Shown here in pieces: positions 31,415 through 40,107 of a stretch of DNA of 64,000 nt (position 1 is its first letter; every line of letters starts with the position of its first letter). The notes under the pieces were generated by a model, which was not told the origin of the DNA, made no database searches, and saw only the letters and a list, made by a program, of their open reading frames with translations. The stretch is taken from positions 64,001-128,000 of IMG/VR virus record IMGVR_UViG_3300026549_000034; one strand, given 5' to 3'. The translations under genes and the position numbers were made by a program. The DNA comes from a virus. Its lineage: Duplodnaviria; Caudoviricetes.

Positions 31415-32095
31415 ATGAATCATATAGAAACTATAAATTATTTAATTGAAAAATATAACTATAAATCATATCTTGAAATAGGATATGATCGAGGAGATTG
31501 TTATAATAAAATAAATATTGAACATAAAGAATGTTGTGATATAAGTAATATAAATAATGCATATCCTGAAACTGAAATTACATATTTAATGACATCTGAT
31601 GAGTTATTTGAAAGAATGCCAATTGATAAGAAATATGACATTGTCTTTATTGATGGTATGCATAATCAATATTATTTAGATCGTGACATAATAAATTCAT
31701 TAAAGCACTTAAATCCTGGTGGTATTATATTATGTCATGATGTATTACCTGTCAATTATATGTATACTGCAGAATATCAGATTGGTGGAATGTGGCATGG
31801 TGACTGTTGGAAATCGGTTCCAAAGCTTCAAGATCTTAATGTAGAATATTATACATATGACAATAATGATTATGGATTATTGATGATTAAATATAAAGAT
31901 AATCCATATCAATTACAAAATATACGACGTGAGACATCTGTACAGTTTGATACAGTATTTACATGTTTAGATACAACTTGTGACGAGTATTTACGTCCTG
32001 TTCCTGTAGATGTATATGAATATGCATACACAAAACAAGGATATTATATTATGCATATAATTCATGATAAAGAATTTTTTGAAATATTTGGATGA
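31415..32095 (+). CDS. Class I SAM-dependent methyltransferase (Methyltransf_24-like)
   Basis: YLEIG, TSDE.F, DIVFIDGMH, LNPGGIILCHD. Confidence 0.85.
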   Translation: MNHIETINYLIEKYNYKSYLEIGYDRGDCYNKINIEHKECCDISNINNAYPETEITYLMTSDELFERMPIDKKYDIVFIDGMHNQYYLDRDIINSLKHLNPGGIILCHDVLPVNYMYTAEYQIGGMWHGDCWKSVPKLQDLNVEYYTYDNNDYGLLMIKYKDNPYQLQNIRRETSVQFDTVFTCLDTTCDEYLRPVPVDVYEYAYTKQGYYIMHIIHDKEFFEIFG

Positions 32096-32111
32096 ATAAT
32101 TAAAAGAAAGA

Positions 32112-33341
32112 ATGAACAAAGAATCAAGATGTAGTTTTTGTGGAAGATCAAACGTACAAATTATTGAAAGTGAAATAGACGGTGTAAAATCATATATATG
32201 TAAAGATTGTGCACAAATAGCATTAGGACTATTCAATCAAGTAGAACATAAAATAGAAAACGATGAAAACTATCAGTCTGAACATGAACTAAGACATATA
32301 TTTGATAGCACTGTTCCAAAACCTCGAGAAATAAAAGAATATTTAGATCAATATATAATAGGACAAGATCGAGTAAAGGAAAGAATTGCCGTTGCAGTAT
32401 ATAATCATTTTAAAAGAATCAATAATGCTAATTCAGATATAGAAATTGATAAAAGTAATATTTTAATTTGTGGACCGACAGGAAGTGGAAAATCACTTAT
32501 AGCCCGTACAATCGCTAAAATGCTTAATGTACCATTTGCTATAGCAGATGCAACGGTTTTGACAGAATCAGGATATGTTGGTGAAGATGTAGAATCAGTA
32601 TTAGTAAGATTATATCAAGCTGCTGATTATGATGTTGAACGTACAGAACGAGGCATAGTATTTATTGATGAAATTGATAAGATTGCCAGAAAGAATGGTA
32701 ATCCAAGTATAACTCGTGATGTAAGTGGTGAAGGTGTACAACAAGGACTTTTGAAATTACTTGAAGATAGTATTGTAAATATTCCTCCTAAAGGCGGAAG
32801 AAAACATCCTGATCAGCCATTAGTTTCTATTAATACAAAGAATATATTGTTTATATGTGCAGGTGCTTTTATAGGTTTGGAAGAAATAATTAAACGTCGT
32901 TGTCACAAAAGTACAATTGGATTTAATTCAAAGAATGATGATAAAACAAAAAAAGATAAAGATTATATGAATAATCTTAATGCATTAGACTTAAAGACGT
33001 TTGGATTAATTCCTGAAATTCTTGGGCGTCTTCCAGTAATTACATATACAGATGAATTGGACAAGACTGCACTAAAGAGAATATTGACAGAACCAAAAAA
33101 TGCTCTCGTAAAACAATATCAAGAATTATTTAAAATGGATGGTATTAAATTAGAATTTAAGGAATCTGCTCTTGACTATATTGTTGAACATACAATAGAA
33201 AATAAACTTGGTGCACGTGGACTTAGGGGTACAATGGAAACAGTAATGAATAAAGCAATGTTTAATCTACCAAGTGAAAATAGACAAAGTGACATATTGA
33301 TTATTGATAAAAAATATGTAAAGAAATATTTAAAAAATTAA
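32112..33341 (+). CDS. clpX: ATP-dependent Clp protease ATP-binding subunit ClpX
   Basis: CSFCG...IC..C zinc finger, [37 protein letters not shown] loop, GARGLR. Confidence 0.95.
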   Translation: MNKESRCSFCGRSNVQIIESEIDGVKSYICKDCAQIALGLFNQVEHKIENDENYQSEHELRHIFDSTVPKPREIKEYLDQYIIGQDRVKERIAVAVYNHFKRINNANSDIEIDKSNILICGPTGSGKSLIARTIAKMLNVPFAIADATVLTESGYVGEDVESVLVRLYQAADYDVERTERGIVFIDEIDKIARKNGNPSITRDVSGEGVQQGLLKLLEDSIVNIPPKGGRKHPDQPLVSINTKNILFICAGAFIGLEEIIKRRCHKSTIGFNSKNDDKTKKDKDYMNNLNALDLKTFGLIPEILGRLPVITYTDELDKTALKRILTEPKNALVKQYQELFKMDGIKLEFKESALDYIVEHTIENKLGARGLRGTMETVMNKAMFNLPSENRQSDILIIDKKYVKKYLKN

Positions 33342-33370
33342 AAGGAAGAACTTAAGTTCTTCCTTTTTTT
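33341..33370. terminator. Bidirectional terminator
   Basis: Perfect palindrome aaaggaagaa-cttaag-ttcttccttt between convergent genes. Confidence 0.85.
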
Positions 33371-33390
33371 AATTTTATTTAGTTTTTTAA

Positions 33391-34431
33391 TTATTCTCCA
33401 CGTGAGTTATCATCTTCAACATCTTCTTCATCGTTTATTCTCTTGTCAACTTCATTAGATATGTCATTATTCATATTCATTTTTACTCCTTCATCCTTTT
33501 CATCATCCTTTTTCTTTTCATCATCTTTATCTTCATGTTTACGAGGCTTTCTTTCACCAGTAATCTTGAATACTGCAGGATCATCTGTTTCTTCTGCACC
33601 AAAGATATCAAGAATGTTGTGAAGTAATGTATCTACATCTTTAGGTAGTTTAACAATTGATTCTTTATCCCAATCTTGCACCCATATAGCATCATCACCA
33701 GAACCGAATATATGCATTAATGAACGTACATTTTCAATAGTTCCAATATTATGAGGCAATTTCTTAGAATGTTTCCAACGTAATGCAATTGCTTCGGTAC
33801 CATTCTTAAATTTAATACCAGCAAAATAATATTCATCAGGAAGATCCATTTGTTTTGATACTAATTCATCAAGTTGTTTAGCGGCTTTTACTTTATCACC
33901 ATCATTAAGTAAATCCATTATTTCTTTTACTTGAGTATCTTCCATTTCTTCTTCATCATTAGAATCTTCTTTCAATATTACTTGATTAATTTCAATTTCA
34001 TTAATGTTTGATTCTTTCATTTCACAAGGACATGGACAATTATCTACATATGAACCGTCACCAGTTGCAGCTTTAATGTCAGCAGGTCCAAAATAAACAA
34101 TATAGTATCCTCCAAGATTTATGTCTGTTCTTTTTGTAAGACCTTGTGATGTCAAATAATAAGATAATGTTGAACAATCATAAGTTGAATCATAATACAA
34201 AGGAAGATACAATAAATCATCAATTGCCTTTTTAGATGTAAATCTAGAACTTGTTAACTTAATTGAGAAACCATCTTCAGCAACAGATGCAACTATACTT
34301 AATCTTACACAAAATAAATTATTGATATTTGTCAATATATTCTGTACTGGTGTATAATGATTTGTTACACCCAATGCATTTCCAGGATTTTTTTCTGCAA
34401 ATGTTTCAGTTATTTCAGTAAATTTTTTCAT
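33391..34431 (-). CDS. Hypothetical acidic protein with leader (MKKFTEITE), possible head-internal protein
   Basis: 346 aa; several xxE sites (MKE-S, LKE-D); late motif upstream. Confidence 0.7.
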   Translation of the reverse strand: MKKFTEITETFAEKNPGNALGVTNHYTPVQNILTNINNLFCVRLSIVASVAEDGFSIKLTSSRFTSKKAIDDLLYLPLYYDSTYDCSTLSYYLTSQGLTKRTDINLGGYYIVYFGPADIKAATGDGSYVDNCPCPCEMKESNINEIEINQVILKEDSNDEEEMEDTQVKEIMDLLNDGDKVKAAKQLDELVSKQMDLPDEYYFAGIKFKNGTEAIALRWKHSKKLPHNIGTIENVRSLMHIFGSGDDAIWVQDWDKESIVKLPKDVDTLLHNILDIFGAEETDDPAVFKITGERKPRKHEDKDDEKKKDDEKDEGVKMNMNNDISNEVDKRINDEEDVEDDNSRGE

Positions 34432-34585
34432 AATAGTTTTCTATTTTATTATATATATTACTATTTAAAAATAAATTTAATTTGTGAACGGATAATAAAA
34501 AGTTTATTTTATATGAAACTTTAACATCAAAAAATACTATAATTAAAATACAAACTATTAATTAACATTTTAAAAAAGAAAAATC

Positions 34586-35023
34586 ATGAATAATAGCAAT
34601 TTTTTGTCAAAAGAGTTAGTTAACACATTTGCATATACTACAGCAACTAAGAATAGAGATGCATATACAAATGTATGTATTAATGGTCGTAATTATATTA
34701 AGTTAGGTACACTCCAAGCTGTAACGATTGTAGGTAACTTGTATAAAGTAAACAATAATGGTAATATTGAATATGTATTACTTGCTGGTATGTCAAAGCA
34801 GCATCCATGTGATTCTAAGGTAAACAAGGAAATGGGATATGAACTTGCCAATGAAAACGCAAATACAAATCCATTCTTAATTATGAAAGTATCAAGGAAT
34901 TTTGCTAAGACTGCATTTGTTAATATGATGGCAAACTATATTGATAGCATGAAATTGGAATTTGTAAAGACAACGCAGGAAATATTAGCAGAAGGTATTG
35001 ATAAAGAAATATATGACAGATAA
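34586..35023 (+). CDS. Hypothetical protein
   Basis: 145-aa ORF. Confidence 0.75.
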   Translation: MNNSNFLSKELVNTFAYTTATKNRDAYTNVCINGRNYIKLGTLQAVTIVGNLYKVNNNGNIEYVLLAGMSKQHPCDSKVNKEMGYELANENANTNPFLIMKVSRNFAKTAFVNMMANYIDSMKLEFVKTTQEILAEGIDKEIYDR

Positions 35024-35029
35024 TTTTTT

Positions 35030-35644
35030 ATGGATAATCAACAAAACATAAACAACAAGTTTGGTTATTGTGAAATGTATGAATGGGCAAAAATACCAAA
35101 AATACCGTCATTATTTGGTAGGATTGTTCAATTTGATAAAACATATACCCATACAATAAAATTAGCTGAAAATACTGAAAATATAGTAGGCATTACAACA
35201 ATTAATTCAACTATTGATTCTGATAGTTATCCATATTGGCCTAATATGTTTTTATATAATGAATATGGAGACATTTACATAACTAATGCTAATGTTGCTT
35301 TAGCTAAGACAGAATATGATGATGTTAATGAAATATCATATATCAAGACATATAAGCAAGAAACATATGATCCAATAGTAAATGAAAATTATGATAGCAA
35401 TAAACAGTATATACCTCGCCAAAATCGAAAAGAATGGATTCGCGTATGTCTATTAGGAAAATGTATTGTTGAAGATGACGGTAATTGTAAAGCTGGTGAA
35501 TATTGTACTTTATATTCTGGTAATGATGAATCTAAGTTTGGAACAGTAGTACCTGCAAAGAAATCTGATAAATTCAAACTTTATGTTCAATATAGAGTTT
35601 CAGAAAAAACAATATTAGTATTTAATAAGCCATATTATGAATAA
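35030..35644 (+). CDS. Stand-alone Peptidase_G2/intramolecular chaperone-like domain
   Basis: YCEMYEW, IVGI, YIPR..R.EW..V.LLG...V.DDG.C..G.YC. Confidence 0.7.
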   Translation: MDNQQNINNKFGYCEMYEWAKIPKIPSLFGRIVQFDKTYTHTIKLAENTENIVGITTINSTIDSDSYPYWPNMFLYNEYGDIYITNANVALAKTEYDDVNEISYIKTYKQETYDPIVNENYDSNKQYIPRQNRKEWIRVCLLGKCIVEDDGNCKAGEYCTLYSGNDESKFGTVVPAKKSDKFKLYVQYRVSEKTILVFNKPYYE

Positions 35645-35646
35645 TT

Positions 35647-36633
35647 ATGAATAAGAAAGTAGTAAGTATAATAACAACATTCTATAATGCTGAAACATAT
35701 ATTGATCAGGCATTGTTAAGCGTAGTAAATCAGGAAATTAATGATACATTTGAAATAGAATATATATTAATTAATGATTGTTCTACAGATAATTCATTAA
35801 AAATTGCCACCGAAATAAAAAATAACTATGAGTCTCGAAAGGGGTTGACAATAAAAATATTTACACCAGAAAGTAATCTTGGTTGTGGTGGTGCCAGAAA
35901 GTTTGGTATAAGTAAGGCAACAGGTGATTATTTTATGTTTTTAGATGCCGATGATTACTATATAAATTTTGATTTTGTAAAACGTGCAATAAAAGATATA
36001 GAAGAAAATGATGCAGATATAGTAGAATATGGAGTTCTATTCAATACAAATAATGGGCAATCTCAAAACATGGTCGTACAATCTAAAAAGGAGTATTGTA
36101 ATGGCTCATTAGGAGTATTTATGATATTCCACAATAATACTATAAAATTTAATGTATGGTCAAAAATATATACAAGGGCTATTATAGATTCATATCCGTA
36201 TGATGACAGTAGAGAATATGAGGACATTCGTACAATTCCAATGTGGGTATATAATGCTAAAAAAATAGTTGTAATGCCTACAGTTGAAATCAATTATAGA
36301 GCAGCTGCAAATTCTATTATTCGTGAAGATGGCATAAAATCAAGAATAGGTACAATTACTGCAATGACTGAAATGTGCGAACATTTTAAGAATGACAAAA
36401 ACATTGTTAAAGCATTATATAAGCGTGCAATGATTGACTTAAGTGCAGTTCTTCTTAATAATAGTTCAAAAGATGAATCATTCAATATTATGTCAAGATT
36501 AAATACTAAATTATTGTCATATATATATCCCGATACATATAAAGACATAACATATAATATCGAAGATGATCATATTGAAGATGATCATATTGAAGATGAA
36601 GAAAATAACTTAGAGGTTAAAAATATAACTTAA
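35647..36633 (+). CDS. GT2 glycosyltransferase
   Basis: SII..FYN.E.YI, INDCSTD, AR..GI..A.GDY..FLDADD, YED. Confidence 0.9.
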   Translation: MNKKVVSIITTFYNAETYIDQALLSVVNQEINDTFEIEYILINDCSTDNSLKIATEIKNNYESRKGLTIKIFTPESNLGCGGARKFGISKATGDYFMFLDADDYYINFDFVKRAIKDIEENDADIVEYGVLFNTNNGQSQNMVVQSKKEYCNGSLGVFMIFHNNTIKFNVWSKIYTRAIIDSYPYDDSREYEDIRTIPMWVYNAKKIVVMPTVEINYRAAANSIIREDGIKSRIGTITAMTEMCEHFKNDKNIVKALYKRAMIDLSAVLLNNSSKDESFNIMSRLNTKLLSYIYPDTYKDITYNIEDDHIEDDHIEDEENNLEVKNIT

Positions 36634-36675
36634 TATTAACAATTTTAAATTATACAATAACATAAATTATTAAAA

Positions 36676-37197
36676 ATGAAAAATAATACAATAAGATTTA
36701 CAAAGATAAGAGATGTTAAATCACCAACAAGAAATGAAGGTGATGCTGGTAGTGATTTTTATGTCCCAGAATATTCTGAAGAATTCATTGAAGTATTAAA
36801 AGAGAAAAATAAGAAAAATACTATCAATTTATTAAAAGATGAACAGGCGTTAGAAATAGCTCCTCATTCTCAAATACTCATCCCTGCAGGTATTAAGGTT
36901 GATATATTAGACAAAACAACATATATTGATTTTGAGAATAAGTCAGGTATAGCAACAAATAATGAACTTTTAGTAGGTGCACAAGTTATTGATTCAATAT
37001 ATCAAGGTGAAGTTCATATTAATGTTCATAATGTATCTAATAAATGGCAAAAAATAAAATTTGGTCAAAAACTTATTCAAGGAATTCAAAAAGAATATAG
37101 AAGTACTCAATGGGTTGAAATTTCTAATGAAGAATATGACAATATAGAGACATCAATTCGTGGTGAAGGTGGATTTGGATCAACAGGTCTAGTATAA
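36676..37197 (+). CDS. dut: dUTPase (trimeric)
   Basis: DAGSDF, NKSG, VIDSIYQGE, RGEGGFGSTG. Confidence 0.92.
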   Translation: MKNNTIRFTKIRDVKSPTRNEGDAGSDFYVPEYSEEFIEVLKEKNKKNTINLLKDEQALEIAPHSQILIPAGIKVDILDKTTYIDFENKSGIATNNELLVGAQVIDSIYQGEVHINVHNVSNKWQKIKFGQKLIQGIQKEYRSTQWVEISNEEYDNIETSIRGEGGFGSTGLV

Positions 37198-37218
37198 AAT
37201 AAATTATATAGATAAAAA

Positions 37219-37575
37219 ATGAAGAGAAAACTTATATATGTTAGTCTTCCTATTGCTGGAGTGGAAGATACAGTATATAGAAGAAATGAAGAAGCAAAAA
37301 CAATACTTTTACAGTTAGGGTATGATATTGTTTCTCCAATAGACACTAATGGTATTAATAATGAAGATCTAAAAACACATACACAATTAGAAAAAACAGC
37401 ATATTACATGGGTAAAGATATTGAACATGTTATATTATGTGATGGAATATGTATGTGTTATGGGTGGGAAAATTCAAAAGGATGTAAAGTTGAAAAATAT
37501 ACTGCAGAAGTATATGATAAAGAAATATTATATCTAAGTGATTTGATTGAAAACTATTACAAAGGAGAAGCTTAA
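37219..37575 (+). CDS. DUF4406-like (nucleoside deoxyribosyltransferase-like fold) protein
   Basis: IYVSLPIAG, YM..DI..V..CD.I....GWENSKGC..E. Confidence 0.75.
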   Translation: MKRKLIYVSLPIAGVEDTVYRRNEEAKTILLQLGYDIVSPIDTNGINNEDLKTHTQLEKTAYYMGKDIEHVILCDGICMCYGWENSKGCKVEKYTAEVYDKEILYLSDLIENYYKGEA

Positions 37576-37590
37576 GCTTCTCCTTTTTTA
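37561..37590. terminator. Bidirectional terminator
   Basis: Perfect palindrome aaaggagaag-cttaag-cttctccttt. Confidence 0.85.
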
Positions 37591-37594
37591 TGTA

Positions 37595-38047
37595 TTAATA
37601 TTTAATATTGTATAAGTTTAAATAGTTATCATATGCAACATAATATTGCTTATAATTTGCATATTTCTTATGACACCAAACAATATAAGAATGCAAAAAA
37701 TTAAGTGTAATACCATTTTCTGATAAACGTTTATCAATTTCATTACCAAATACTTTAATTGCATCATCCCATTCCATAAACACCGCAGCTAACCATCTTC
37801 TAACTAGTTTATTGTTGTCTTTTATGCTATTTACAAGTCTAGTTGGATTTGAACCTTTTTTTCTATATTGTTCCATTTTTTGTTTATCTTGATATTCTAT
37901 TGTAGGTGTTTTTGAAAATTTCAATTCATAAAATTTGGATTTTATGGTATTTTCATAATCTTCATAAGGAATAAGCTTTGGACTTTTCGACAAATCAATA
38001 TCTTTAATATTTAATTTTTCTATGAGGATGTCCTTTAAATTTTTCAT
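37595..38047 (-). CDS. Hypothetical protein with leader (MKNLKDILIE-KLNIKDI)
   Basis: Start reassigned to ATG 38047, which restores the leader and removes overlap with the divergent gene. Confidence 0.75.
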   Translation of the reverse strand: MKNLKDILIEKLNIKDIDLSKSPKLIPYEDYENTIKSKFYELKFSKTPTIEYQDKQKMEQYRKKGSNPTRLVNSIKDNNKLVRRWLAAVFMEWDDAIKVFGNEIDKRLSENGITLNFLHSYIVWCHKKYANYKQYYVAYDNYLNLYNIKY

Positions 38048-38054
38048 ATATAAT

Positions 38055-38083
38055 TTGAATTTTATTTCTACAGTTACTATATT
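38055..38083 (+). promoter_or_regulatory. Putative early promoter TTGAAT-N14-TACTATATT
   Basis: Matches 20701 and 49233. Confidence 0.55.
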
Positions 38084-38109
38084 ACTATATATTAAAAATA
38101 AAAAAATAT

Positions 38110-38373
38110 ATGAGTAAGAAAATTCTTTCACCGGAACAGGAAATGCTTAACAAGGTACAAGGCCTTTATGAAAAGCAAAGAAACAAAAAATTCAATTATA
38201 ATATTGAAGATTTTGAAATGAAAGACAACAAGTGGAAACATAAGACTTGGAACACTTGGTTGATTGGTGGTAATAGTTACAAAGAAACTATAAAAGTAAT
38301 TCAAAGGTATATTAATGAATGCAATAAGCCGTTAGAAGAAAGAAATTTGTCATTTATTCATTTAGCACATTAA
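38110..38373 (+). CDS. Hypothetical protein
   Basis: 87-aa ORF after promoter motif. Confidence 0.7.
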   Translation: MSKKILSPEQEMLNKVQGLYEKQRNKKFNYNIEDFEMKDNKWKHKTWNTWLIGGNSYKETIKVIQRYINECNKPLEERNLSFIHLAH

Positions 38374-38380
38374 AAAATCT

Positions 38381-38779
38381 ATGATTACTGTTAAAGAACT
38401 TAGAAACATGCTTTTGAGTTGCCCTGAGGATTGGAATATAGAATTTCGTAAGTGGGAACATGGAAATCCAGAAGATTTTATGAAAAGGAATCATTATCCT
38501 ATGCCTAATTTGGTTAGCATCCAAATAAAAGAGGTTGTAACCAAGGCAAATAATGATCACGAATGGATTAATCATACATTTATTGTTGAAGATGATTTTG
38601 AAGATAACTTCATAATGAATAGGGATGAAATGATTGAATTTTTCTGTGGAGGTTTGGCTGATTATGAATTGATTTCATTTGAATTGAAGACAGAAGAAGG
38701 TAATATTCCCTTAACTATTGAAGTTGGTGACAAGGGTTATAGTGATAAAATAATGATGATTAACTTAGAAGAAAATTAA
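38381..38779 (+). CDS. Hypothetical protein
   Basis: 132-aa ORF. Confidence 0.7.
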   Translation: MITVKELRNMLLSCPEDWNIEFRKWEHGNPEDFMKRNHYPMPNLVSIQIKEVVTKANNDHEWINHTFIVEDDFEDNFIMNRDEMIEFFCGGLADYELISFELKTEEGNIPLTIEVGDKGYSDKIMMINLEEN

Positions 38780-38890
38780 AAATTATGTGAATTTTATTTA
38801 AATATTTCAACATTAATATTCAATTTTAATATCAACAAACTTATAAAAACAAATATATTTTTTAATTACAAACTTTAAATTTTTTAAATT

Positions 38891-39961
38891 ATGAAGAAAA
38901 TTTTTGTTATGATGATGGCTCTTGTAATGAGCCTTGGTATGAACGCACAGATCGCAACAGAGAATGCAAAGGTGCTTGATAATACTTTTGTTACTGTTAA
39001 TGGCGGTGTTGCAACTCCTCTTGATTTTAATTCAGTATTTCCATTGAATGCATCTGCAGGTCTTGCTGTTGGTAAGATGTTTACTCCTGTATGGGGTGCA
39101 GAAGTTGAAGGAACTGCTTGGTTTGGCAGCCATTTCTTTGGTGATGCAAATTCTCGTTTTGATTGGTATGGAACTGGTCATAATGTAGTTCGTGGTACTT
39201 ATGTAGGAGTAAATGGTCTTGTTAATTTGACTAATTTGTTTGCTGGATATAAGGGTACTCCACGTACATTTGAAGTAAGTACAGTTCTTGGTACAGGATG
39301 GGCTCATACATTTGCAGCAAATGCAGATGATGCTACAAGTAATGATCTTGCAGTAAAGACAGGTCTTGATTTTGCATTTAATCTTGGTAAGACAAAGGCT
39401 CATACAGTCAGTGTACGTCCTGCAGTACTTTGGAACGTTACAGCTAAGGAACTTCCTCGTACAATGGGTGCACAATTTGATAAGCGTGGTGCTCAGCTTT
39501 ATCTTGGGGTAGCATATACATATCATTTCAAGACAAGTAATAAGACACATCACTTTAAGACATATGATGTAGGTGCTATGATGGATGAAATCAATATGCT
39601 TAAGGAGGATCTTGCTAAGAAGCCTAAGCAGGTAGTTGTAGAAAAGGTAGTTGAAAAGGTTGTAGAAAAGGAAGTTGCAACAGATACTAATGTTACAGTA
39701 TATTTTACTAAGGGTTCTGCAAAACTTTCAGATAATGCAAAGGCTGCTCTTGATAAGCTTGGACAAAATGCAGTTGTAGATGTAAAGGGCTATGCAGATG
39801 AAGTAGGTCCTGAAAAGTTTAATCAGACTCTTTCAGAGAAGCGTGCAAAGACAGTAGCAGATTATCTTGAAAGCCGTGGTCTTAAGGTTAATACAACAAC
39901 TGGCTATGGTGAAACAGGAGATGTAGTAGCAAGAGTAGTTGTAGTAAGCTCTGCAAAGTAA
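38891..39961 (+). CDS. OmpA-family outer membrane protein (Bacteroidales type)
   Basis: Signal peptide MKKIFVMMMALVMSLGMNA-Q, beta-barrel ending YTYHF, coiled coil, VYF..GSA.L, GYAD..G...N..LSEKRA..V. Confidence 0.9.
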   Translation: MKKIFVMMMALVMSLGMNAQIATENAKVLDNTFVTVNGGVATPLDFNSVFPLNASAGLAVGKMFTPVWGAEVEGTAWFGSHFFGDANSRFDWYGTGHNVVRGTYVGVNGLVNLTNLFAGYKGTPRTFEVSTVLGTGWAHTFAANADDATSNDLAVKTGLDFAFNLGKTKAHTVSVRPAVLWNVTAKELPRTMGAQFDKRGAQLYLGVAYTYHFKTSNKTHHFKTYDVGAMMDEINMLKEDLAKKPKQVVVEKVVEKVVEKEVATDTNVTVYFTKGSAKLSDNAKAALDKLGQNAVVDVKGYADEVGPEKFNQTLSEKRAKTVADYLESRGLKVNTTTGYGETGDVVARVVVVSSAK

Positions 39962-39993
39962 AAAGTAGAATATATATTTTACTATAAAAAATG

Positions 39994-40021
39994 AAAGAAC
40001 TGACACATGTCAGTTCTTTTT
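39994..40021 (+). terminator. Intrinsic terminator
   Basis: aaagaactgaca-ca-tgtcagttcttttt. Confidence 0.8.
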
Positions 40022-40107
40022 GTTGTTATATATGCATGAAAAATAAAATATAAGATATATTTTTAATTATATATAAATGATTTATCATATAAGATTTAAT
40101 ATATAAC

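Noticed and set aside
31415-31450. Leader-like N-termini on + strand genes (MNHIETINYLIE; also MKIYTLDYLINNE at 54004)
   Set aside because: The first appears to be part of the methyltransferase's own N-terminal helix. Both are poor matches without a late motif, so they are treated as chance background.
38048-38131. Extended N-terminus of ORF 37595..38131
   Set aside because: Overlaps promoter motifs and the divergent gene; ATG 38047 gives the conserved leader.
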